Shown here in pieces: positions 1 to 6,537 of a stretch of 64,000 nt of DNA (its first letter is position 1; every line of letters begins with the position of its first letter). This DNA comes from a virus, in IMG/VR virus record IMGVR_UViG_3300025133_000022, positions 64,001 through 128,000 of that record. The stretch is one strand, 5' to 3'. A model generated the notes under the pieces. It did no database searches. It was not told where the DNA came from and saw only the letters and a program-made list of their open reading frames with translations. The position numbers and the translations under genes are program-made.

Positions 1-70
1 GGGATGTAGCTCAACGGTAGAGCACGCGGCTGTTAACCGCATGATGAGAGTTCGATTCTCTCCTTCCCAG
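1..70 (+). tRNA. tRNA-Asn(GTT); first nucleotide lies just outside the window
   Basis: Cloverleaf; anticodon arm GCGG-CTGTTAA-CCGC; T-arm GAGAG-TTCGATT-CTCTC; G73. Confidence 0.9.
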
Positions 71-86
71 TCAATAAAGAAACAAC

Positions 87-575
87 ATGAATATTCAAAA
101 TCAAAACATTAGCAACACAACATACCCTGAACTAAACCTGTCAGGTTCTCTGCTTTACGGCAACACAGCCACCCAAACCAATTGGCTAAGCTGTGCTCTT
201 CACGGCACTAGATTCAAATGGTCTAAGCTTGACTACAGTACTTTTAGGCATTGCGTTGGGGCTGCTAAGCTGCAAAAAACAAGCTTGCGTGGCGCACTAC
301 TCTACAAATGCAACATGACGGGCAGCAACTTTAAAAAAGCTGACTTAACTGGAGCCACACTTCGAGGTTCATTTGAGGGGTGCAACTTTAAGAACGCACG
401 CCTACGCAAAGCAAATTTAGCAAACACATCACTGGCAGGCAGCTCTTTTAAGGGAGCTGACCTACGCAATGCAGATCTCAGTTACTGTGACCTAACAGGC
501 TGTGACTTCAACAATGCCAATATCCAAAACATCAACCTAACCAACGCAGTATTAACTGGTGCAACAGGACTTTAA
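87..575 (+). CDS. Pentapeptide repeat protein
   Basis: Tandem A(D/N)LxxA-type repeats (ADLTGATLRG, ANLANTSLAG, ADLRNADLSY). Confidence 0.9.
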   Translation: MNIQNQNISNTTYPELNLSGSLLYGNTATQTNWLSCALHGTRFKWSKLDYSTFRHCVGAAKLQKTSLRGALLYKCNMTGSNFKKADLTGATLRGSFEGCNFKNARLRKANLANTSLAGSSFKGADLRNADLSYCDLTGCDFNNANIQNINLTNAVLTGATGL

Positions 576-577
576 TT

Positions 578-718
578 ATGAAGTTCAGATGCAGTTCTTG
601 CAAACATAGTAGAAGCAAGTATCCTTACCCTGGCAGCACTTGTGACTACTGCGGCGAATCAACATTCGAAAAGAACAATGGTACAAAATGGAAACGGTTA
701 GATAAAAACCATTCTTAA
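578..718 (+). CDS. Small zinc-ribbon protein (46 aa)
   Basis: Hand translation MKFRCSSCKH...TCDYCGES: two CxxC pairs; fills the gap between genes. Confidence 0.5.
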   Translation: MKFRCSSCKHSRSKYPYPGSTCDYCGESTFEKNNGTKWKRLDKNHS

Positions 719-751
719 GCAATTCAATTACCATTCACAAAGGAATCAAGA

Positions 752-1123
752 ATGAAAGTTGGAGATATAGTTTGCCCCAACGGACTATACAATAGTTCTG
801 CTGCAGTACTCATCAGTAACATTCGCAGTGCCAAAGTAATGAAAGTGTTTCGTAACGGTAGCAACGGGTCAGATGGTATGGAAATCAAAATCCTAGAAGG
901 AAATGGTTCCGCCAACCCCCACACTACTTCCATTACATTAGAAATGGGCTGGGGCCCTGGTAGAAGATTCAGAAATCCCCAGACTTTTAGTGCTGGAGGC
1001 ACAGTCAGGGTGTTTCAACGTCCATTTCGAATTATGTCAAAAGCAAACCCTGGCGCAATGGGATTACCCGATTGCGACTTACCCGCCATGGATGATATTA
1101 TGCTCATCATGGCACTCACCTAG
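752..1123 (+). CDS. Hypothetical protein
   Basis: ORF track; co-directional and tightly packed; MKVGDIV SH3-like start. Confidence 0.6.
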   Translation: MKVGDIVCPNGLYNSSAAVLISNIRSAKVMKVFRNGSNGSDGMEIKILEGNGSANPHTTSITLEMGWGPGRRFRNPQTFSAGGTVRVFQRPFRIMSKANPGAMGLPDCDLPAMDDIMLIMALT

Positions 1124-1133
1124 GAAAAACAAC

Positions 1134-1427
1134 ATGTCTACCTCTATCCTTGAGCTCTGGTCCAAAACTCCACAAGAAAAAGCTAGCGCCGCTCTCACTC
1201 TCTCCTACAAGCGTCTCAAAGCCAATGCTGACGCCTATATGGTAGAAGCAGCACAAGAAAAACTAAACGCAGAAGCAGCACTATCAGCGGCACTACAAGG
1301 CAGCAAGACCACACCAGACTTTGCCTCAATTGTCAAAGCCAAACTGCGTTCAGCAGCAGCCGATCTCACATACTCCAAAGGTGCTGAAACTTACACCAAG
1401 TGTTTCAACACAGCACCTTCAGTATAG
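1134..1427 (+). CDS. Hypothetical helical protein
   Basis: Start re-called to ATG 1134 (MSTSILELW) after AGGAAA; ends in TAG. Confidence 0.65.
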   Translation: MSTSILELWSKTPQEKASAALTLSYKRLKANADAYMVEAAQEKLNAEAALSAALQGSKTTPDFASIVKAKLRSAAADLTYSKGAETYTKCFNTAPSV

Positions 1428-1459
1428 TGCTTCAGAGGAGCCACAAGCTCCTCTATTAT

Positions 1460-1530
1460 GGCCCGTTCGTCTAACGGAAGGACGCCAGGTTTTCATCCTG
1501 GAAATAGGGGTTCAATTCCCCTACGGGCTA
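1460..1530 (+). tRNA. tRNA-Glu(TTC)
   Basis: GGCCCGT/ACGGGCT acceptor stem; CCAGG-TTTTCAT-CCTGG anticodon arm; TTCAATT T-loop. Confidence 0.9.
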
Positions 1531-1562
1531 CTACAAAGAAGCAACCATGCTATGGAGCGGAA

Positions 1563-2357
1563 ATGAACACAATACACAGAGGCCTACGCGGTAAAAATGT
1601 TCTTGGCCTTAAGAGCCTGCTAAAAGAAGCGGGCCTTATTGTCACGCATAACAACATATTTGACCTACAAACTGAAGCAGGTGTCCGCACTGCACAAGAA
1701 AAATTAGGCCTAGAAAAAGATGGTATTGTCGGACCCAAGACATGGTCAGAATTGCTTGCCAAACCAAGACTTTTCAATAAACCTACCGATCCTATCGAAT
1801 GGGTTAAAGTTACTCCCTACTATCCTCAGAGAGATAATGAATATCATCCTGGCGGGACTTGCAATGTCACTAGCCTTGCTATGGTGCTTGCTTACCATGG
1901 GGTCATTCCCACAAAAGCGAATCAGCTTGAAGACGAGCTCTTCATTCGTCTTCAAAAAACAGACGCAATTGATGAATTCAACAAAAACTACCCATCTCTC
2001 AAAAAGATGGGATACAAACCAAGACATATCCACGGAATGCTCGGATGGCTTGCTCGTCAATATGGTTTCTCCTGGAAATACAGTGAAAAAACCTCACGTT
2101 CAGATCTAATTGATTTCGGAAAAACTACAGGGCCTATGATCATTAGTGGACGTTTTACAAGCAGCGGACATATTGTTACACTGGTAGGTATGACTCTCTT
2201 CAATGACTTGATTGTTCATGACCCGTGGGGAGACTGGAATAGCAACTATCGCAAACGCGATGGCAAATACAAAATCTACAATCGTGAAGCCATGGAAGAT
2301 GTGCTTAGCGGCCATAGCAAAGAGCTTAAAAGAGCTCATAGAATAACACCAGCTTGA
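1563..2357 (+). CDS. Putative endolysin: peptidoglycan-binding domain plus C39-like cysteine peptidase
   Basis: N-terminal FQ/AQEKLGLEKDGIVGPKTW (PG_binding_1-like); C39-type Cys (TCNVTSLAMVL), His (GHIVTL), Asp (HDPWG). Start moved past tRNA-Glu. Confidence 0.8.
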   Translation: MNTIHRGLRGKNVLGLKSLLKEAGLIVTHNNIFDLQTEAGVRTAQEKLGLEKDGIVGPKTWSELLAKPRLFNKPTDPIEWVKVTPYYPQRDNEYHPGGTCNVTSLAMVLAYHGVIPTKANQLEDELFIRLQKTDAIDEFNKNYPSLKKMGYKPRHIHGMLGWLARQYGFSWKYSEKTSRSDLIDFGKTTGPMIISGRFTSSGHIVTLVGMTLFNDLIVHDPWGDWNSNYRKRDGKYKIYNREAMEDVLSGHSKELKRAHRITPA

Positions 2358-2410
2358 AGGCAGCCGCAGGCTGCCTGCTAAAAGAGCTTGGTAACAATAG
2401 GAGTGACCAA

Positions 2411-2815
2411 ATGGAAACGGAATACACGTAGAGCCAAATCAGTTCATTCTTTGAGCGGTTAGAACAAGTAAGCAACGCACTTAACATCTGTGGAGACTAT
2501 GACTTCGAATTCACAGAATGGGAAAGCCAGTCTGGATTCATCACAGTCAGCTGGGAAGAACCAGCTTGTGGTAGCGGTTGTTGTGGCTATGACAGTCATG
2601 AAGGCCAAATACCAGTAGCACTGCTATTTGATCCCAACTGGGAAGCAACAATAGCTGCTGATAAGAAAGCAAAACTAGCTAAAGCAAAAGCTGACAAGCT
2701 TGCTAAAGAGCAAGCTGACAAGCTACAACAGCAACGAAAGGCCGAACAAGCCAAAGCCAACAGGCGTTTGACTTACCAACAATTAGCCAAAGAGTTCGGA
2801 GACACCAGTGTCTGA
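2411..2815 (+). CDS. Hypothetical protein with an in-frame TAG at codon 7 (readthrough candidate or pseudogene)
   Basis: AGGAG RBS 7 nt before ATG 2411; ATG GAA ACG GAA TAC ACG TAG (2429-2431), then 127 open codons to TGA 2813-2815, overlapping the next gene start. Missing from the ORF track. Confidence 0.65.
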
Positions 2816-3155
2816 ACACTCTTACGATCCTAACTGGAAGCTACGTATCGTAGTAGATCAAACACTAAAGCCAGGCCAACAGATAGCACAAGCTCTTCAT
2901 GCAGCCATTGAGTTCTTGTTTGTATATCCTGAACAATCAAACACATGGCACTGTCTAAGCAACAGCGTAGTCGTCATGAACTGTGAGCCAGAAGAGCTAC
3001 CCAAGCTCTTAGATCGTTGTAAAAAGAAAAATGTGCAATACTCTACCTTCATGGAGCCTGACATGGATAACCGACTTACAGCAGTCTGCATAGAGCCAAC
3101 ACGAACAGGAAAGAAGTGCACCAGCAATTACAAGCTGGCCATGCGAGACATCTAA
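2808..3155 (+). CDS. Peptidyl-tRNA hydrolase 2-like (PTH2 family) protein
   Basis: GQQIAQALHAA motif, then VVV..., EPD...LTAVCIEP, ...KLA; size about 115 aa fits PTH2. Confidence 0.7.
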   Translation: MSEHSYDPNWKLRIVVDQTLKPGQQIAQALHAAIEFLFVYPEQSNTWHCLSNSVVVMNCEPEELPKLLDRCKKKNVQYSTFMEPDMDNRLTAVCIEPTRTGKKCTSNYKLAMRDI

Positions 3156-3187
3156 AGGCTCAGCGAGGGCTTGGACCTCGCGTTTAT

Positions 3188-3259
3188 GAGGAATTAGCTC
3201 AGCGGTAGAGCAGCAAATTCTAAACTTGTTTGTCGGGGGTTCGAATCCCCCATTCCTCA
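3188..3259 (+). tRNA. Amber suppressor tRNA (anticodon CTA)
   Basis: GAGGAAT/ATTCCTC acceptor stem; GCTC/GAGC D-stem; GCAAA-TT CTA AA-CTTGT anticodon arm (CTA at 3220-3222, A31.C39 mismatch); GGGGG-TTCGAAT-CCCCC; A73. Confidence 0.85.
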
Positions 3260-3299
3260 CTGCCGTAGGCGTGCGTAGCACGCCTTGTGGATTGAGCTC

Positions 3300-3328
3300 T
3301 TGACACACAAAAACAATCTGGTTATGTT
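3300..3328 (+). promoter_or_regulatory. sigma70-like promoter upstream of the tRNA cluster
   Basis: TTGACA-17 nt-TATGTT. Confidence 0.55.
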
Positions 3329-3365
3329 GTCAGACTGTTCTTTGAAAACCACAATTGAAATGAAT

Positions 3366-3439
3366 CGGAGTGTAGCGCAGCCTGGTAGCGCATCTGCTTT
3401 GGGAGCAGAGGGTCGCAGGTTCAAATCCTGCCTCTCCGA
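3366..3439 (+). tRNA. tRNA-Pro(TGG)
   Basis: CGGAGTG acceptor start; TCTGC-TTTGGGA-GCAGA anticodon arm. Confidence 0.9.
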
Positions 3440-3458
3440 CCTTTTCTAAAGGAACAAA

Positions 3459-3755
3459 ATGGAATACAAAACAATCGAAACAGCATTGAGAAACGCAAGC
3501 GAAAGCGTGAACTTAGCTATCCAGCAGGTTCAGCTAGCGAAAATGAAAGATGAAGCAGTAAGCTGCCACATCCAAATTGCAAGATACTTCAAGATCCATG
3601 ACAACAAGCCAACAACCTACACAGAAATAGCGACTGCTATCGGTCGCCCGAAAAAGTACGTAGCCAACGTGCTTTCTGGTTACTACAAATTCCAGAAGAC
3701 TCAGTGGGGAAAAGGCTGGAAGATGAGAAAATCTTGTCTTAAGCAAGTCCTTTAA
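3459..3755 (+). CDS. Hypothetical protein, possible HTH
   Basis: AAGGA RBS; TYTEIATAIGRPKKYVANVL resembles a helix-turn-helix. Confidence 0.6.
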   Translation: MEYKTIETALRNASESVNLAIQQVQLAKMKDEAVSCHIQIARYFKIHDNKPTTYTEIATAIGRPKKYVANVLSGYYKFQKTQWGKGWKMRKSCLKQVL

Positions 3756-3818
3756 GTAAAAGCAATTAGTTAACGAAGAAATCGTTAACCACGACTGAAT
3801 GCCTGAGCAGATTACATC

Positions 3819-3894
3819 GCCTTCCACGCGGGTAACACAGGTTCAAATCCTGTACTCGGCTTTATGCCGAGTTCGTCTAGCGGCTAAGACACCT
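3819..3894 (+). tRNA. Circularly permuted tRNA-Gly(TCC), cassette A
   Basis: 3' half 3819-3861 (GC-CTTCCAC-GCGGG...ACAGG TTCAAAT CCTGT ACTCGGC U73), linker TTAT, 5' half 3866-3894 (GCCGAGT TC GTCTAGCGGCTAAGAC A CCT); perfect 7-bp acceptor stem. Confidence 0.8.
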
Positions 3895-3966
3895 CAAACT
3901 AATCTCTTGTATCCTTGTCAGTCACCTTCACGCCCATGATTCTGAGGCTGTAAATATCAGACGCAC

Positions 3967-4041
3967 GGCTATGTGGCTCAGTTTGGTTAGAGCAGGGGCT
4001 TCATACGCCCAAGGCCACAGGTTCAAATCCTGTCATAGCCA
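3967..4041 (+). tRNA. tRNA-Met(CAT), elongator or Ile2 type
   Basis: GGCTATG/CATAGCC acceptor stem; loop TTCATAC. Confidence 0.9.
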
Positions 4042-4056
4042 TTTCACACTATTTAA

Positions 4057-4132
4057 TGCGGAGTAGACTGGAGTTTGGTCCCAGCACGGTCTCATAAGCC
4101 GTATGACGTAGGTTCGAATCCTACTTCCGCCT
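4057..4132 (+). tRNA. tRNA-Met(CAT), initiator-like
   Basis: 1:72 mismatch (T.C); ACGGT-CTCATAA-GCCGT; GTAGG-TTCGAAT-CCTAC. Confidence 0.8.
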
Positions 4133-4146
4133 CTTTAGAGAATGCA

Positions 4147-4452
4147 ATGTTTGATATAATAATTCCTTTCCTCATGGGCATCGTTCTTGTCGGTGCTATG
4201 ATGGAAAGAACTCTTACAGTCATTCAAGGAAACATTTCACGAACTGCTGTACTTAGCATTCTTATCAGTTCTGTGTATTGGTTTAACATCCAATATGTAG
4301 CGAGTGGAAATGTAGCTGCTTATATTAGTTTCAGTATAGGAACTCTTATAGTTACCTGTTGGCAAAGCTGGCGAGAAAAACAACGCTATGCTGGACAACC
4401 GGGGAAAAGCAGAAGAATGACTGACAAACTTAAAAATATTAAGAAAGAATGA
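4147..4452 (+). CDS. Small membrane protein
   Basis: Three hydrophobic segments; start re-called past the tRNA (MFDIIIPF). Confidence 0.6.
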   Translation: MFDIIIPFLMGIVLVGAMMERTLTVIQGNISRTAVLSILISSVYWFNIQYVASGNVAAYISFSIGTLIVTCWQSWREKQRYAGQPGKSRRMTDKLKNIKKE

Positions 4453-4654
4453 ACAAGAGTTTTCATCGCAAAAATAACGGCCCTAAGGTACCTAGATCTG
4501 GGCAACCAGTCAGGGAAAAATGTGAATCCTTCATGGACAAAGCATTGTGGTGACGGCAGATAAGCTTCTTGAAGCCCTGTAACGACCGGCAGAAACTCTT
4601 ACCTCCTTGTCTTTCTTATGTATTTGAATACTTAGTATTTCCTATTTACTTTTT

Positions 4655-4730
4655 GTCCTTGTAGCTCAGTGTTTAGAGCGCCCGAACCTGAAAAGCAGGG
4701 AGGTCGTCGGTTAGAATCCAACCAAGGACA
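4655..4730 (+). tRNA. Atypical or pseudo tRNA-Phe(GAA)
   Basis: Perfect GTCCTTG/CAAGGAC acceptor stem and GCTC/GAGC D-stem; loop CTGAAAA, but distorted anticodon stem and TTAGAAT T-loop. Confidence 0.55.
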
Positions 4731-4852
4731 ACAAATACATCTAAGTGCATCCAGACCTTACAGGCAACCCAAGGGTCAAGCCTGCAAGTGAAACTGTACA
4801 TTTGTGGGTACACAAACCCCGTGAGACCGTTCTCGACACGTTAAATCGGAGG

Positions 4853-5035
4853 ACACACGTTAGAATGCCAGAGAAAGATTACATCGTGCCAATTTACGAG
4901 CCGGTGGTTCAACTCCACAGCTAGAAAGCATGTACGCACGTGCAAAGGCGTACAAGGAGCGACGTTGGGTCGCTCATCGTGGATCGAAAGCCCACGATTC
5001 CTAAAAAATCATCTTCTCACCTCTTGTCTAACACC
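4853..5035 (+). ncRNA. Cassette B: conserved flanks enclosing a non-tRNA multi-hairpin RNA
   Basis: Leader GTTAG-AATGCC...AGATTACATC|G; trailer ATCT...TTGT-CTAAC-ACC; cargo has four or five perfect hairpins (TGTACGC/GCGTACA, GAGCGAC/GTCGCTC, ATCGTGG/CCACGAT). Confidence 0.55.
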
Positions 5036-5098
5036 CTTACTCGCGTAGTTGAACCAGCTCGCTTGTACCACGTACGAATGCCCAGTGAGGATTACATC

Positions 5099-5205
5099 GC
5101 CTTATAAGCGGGTGGTCGCAGGTTCGAGTCCTGTCTCTCCAACCATGGTCTTGACGGGCCTGGCTGTTAGCACAGCCGGAGAGTAGCTCAGTTGGTAGAG
5201 CACCT
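5099..5205 (+). tRNA. Circularly permuted tRNA-Ile(TAT), cassette C
   Basis: 3' half 5099-5145 (GC-CTTATAA-GCGGG...CTCTCCA A CCA), 31-nt linker, 5' half 5177-5205 (CGGAGAG TA GCTC...GAGC A CCT). Confidence 0.8.
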
Positions 5206-5304
5206 ACAAACTGATCCCACAATTTCTTGTCGTACATTTTATCGAATTGAGCGTAGCTCAAACCCACCTCAATAACCATAAACAAATGCCAAATAGATTA
5301 CATC

Positions 5305-5380
5305 GTCCCCGCCATATGGGGACGTGGTGTACAGGCGCACACCCTGAGTCCAATCAGGGAGGAATGGGTTCGATTCCCGT
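5305..5380 (+). tRNA. Circularly permuted Trp(CCA)/Gly-like tRNA, cassette D, broken near nt 65/66
   Basis: 3' piece GTCCCC G CCA (5305-5314), linker TAT, 5' piece GGGGACG...CCCTG-AGTCCAAT-CAGGG...ATGGG TTCGATT CCCGT (5318-5380); abnormal loop size. Confidence 0.6.
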
Positions 5381-5631
5381 GTAATAATCTATTCACTTCT
5401 TTGTTGTTTTATGTAGCAACTGCTCCCTAAAAGTACTACATTACCATCGTGGGATACGTCAGGTTAGTCCTGGAAGACTTGGTACGTTAAGCCAAGCGCG
5501 TTAAAGCACTTAAGTGCCTTGACTGGTTTTAATCAGGATACGTCCCCGCGTCTTCACTGTCGCAAGACAGCAACCCTTCAGGTGGGTACTGATTAAAATC
5601 ACCACGATCGAATGCCAGAGTAGATTACATC

Positions 5632-5709
5632 GCTTTTGGAGCCGGTGGTTCCCGGTTCGAATCCGGGTCTCCCTACTATAGAGAGGTAGCTTAATCAGGT
5701 AGAGCACCG
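5632..5709 (+). tRNA. Circularly permuted tRNA-Gln(TTG), cassette E
   Basis: 3' half 5632-5675 (GC-TTTTGGA-GCCGG...CCCGG TTCGAAT CCGGG TCTCCCT A), linker CTAT, 5' half 5680-5709 (AGAGAGG TA GCTT...GAGC A CCG); joining gives a perfect CCGGC/GCCGG stem. Confidence 0.8.
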
Positions 5710-5780
5710 TTAAAACTAATCTCTCACTTCTTTGTCGATCACCTTTTTCATACAAAAAACAACCATACAGATGAGAAAAT

Positions 5781-5930
5781 ATGAGAAGTAGACAATACGC
5801 CAAAATCAAAAGACGAGTACGCTTGCGTCTCATCGACGGCATGGATCCAGAACGTGTCGAAGAATTAAAAAACGAAGAACTAGCTCGCCTTGAAGCAGGC
5901 GAACGACCCTACCGAGCACCATCTCGATAG
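5781..5930 (+). CDS. Small hypothetical protein (49 aa)
   Basis: Hand translation MRSRQYAKIKRRVRLRLIDGMDPERVEELKNEELARLEAG...; protein-like composition. Confidence 0.45.
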   Translation: MRSRQYAKIKRRVRLRLIDGMDPERVEELKNEELARLEAGERPYRAPSR

Positions 5931-5935
5931 AGTAT

Positions 5936-6024
5936 GGTAGGTGTAGCTCATTTGGAGACGCAAGTCGTAGAGCGCCGGGTTGTGATTCCGGAGGTAACGG
6001 GTTCAATCCCCGTCATCTACCCCA
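5936..6024 (+). tRNA. tRNA-His(GTG) with an extra hairpin in the D-loop
   Basis: Encoded G-1:C73 pair and CCA; CCGGG-TTGTGAT-TCCGG; D-loop contains GAC-GCAA-GTC. Confidence 0.85.
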
Positions 6025-6207
6025 AGAACTAGCTAGCCTAGAGAGCACCACAGTTGAGACAACTGTGGGTCAATGTTCTCGCCACGAACAATTTGCTAAA
6101 TAGTGAAGACAGAGAGCCATGAAAAGCGACGACCTGTTGTTCAGAGCCCGTGCCTACCAGGCAGCACGACCGGGCTCACCATGTTGGAATGCCATGTAGA
6201 ATACACC

Positions 6208-6319
6208 GAATCAACGTAAACCCGGCGCCTTTTGGCTTTGTAGGTTCGAATCCTACCTCACCGACCAAAGCTCTTGAAATAAGAGTTAGGTGAGTGGTGA
6301 AATGGTAAACACTCCGGAT
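6208..6319 (+). tRNA. Circularly permuted tRNA-Tyr(GTA), cassette G
   Basis: 3' half with GTA (6216-6218) AA CCCGG, type II variable arm GCC-TTTT-GGC, GTAGG TTCGAAT CCTAC CTCACCG A CCA (to 6267); hairpin linker; 5' half from 6288 (AGGTGAG TG GTG...CAC T CCGGA). Confidence 0.7.
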
Positions 6320-6462
6320 GATTTTATCTTCATCTACACTTCCTTGTCCAACACCCCACGGGAAAGCAACTCTTCGCGTAGAGTTGAGAGGAGCAGGCTC
6401 ACTGCAGTCGCGCCCAGTCGCGACCTTTCCCACCACGACCGAATGCCCTAGATAACTACATC

Positions 6463-6537
6463 GTAAAACTTGAAATTTTAAGGTCTGGGTTCGAGTCCCA
6501 GTGGGTCCACTTTGGGCCTGTGGTGTAACGGTAGCAT
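6463..6537 (+). tRNA. Circularly permuted tRNA with TGA anticodon, cassette F, broken at nt 25/26
   Basis: 3' part G TAAAA-CTTGAAA-TTTTA AGGT CTGGG TTCGAGT CCCAG TGGGTCC A (6463-6509), linker CTTT, 5' part GGGCCTG TG GTGT AACGGTA GCAT (6514-6537). Confidence 0.7.

Noticed and set aside
3260-3300. Theta (HDV-like) ribozyme downstream of the suppressor tRNA
   Set aside because: Only a simple GCGTAGC-capped hairpin is visible; I could not build a nested double pseudoknot or a J4/2 catalytic C.
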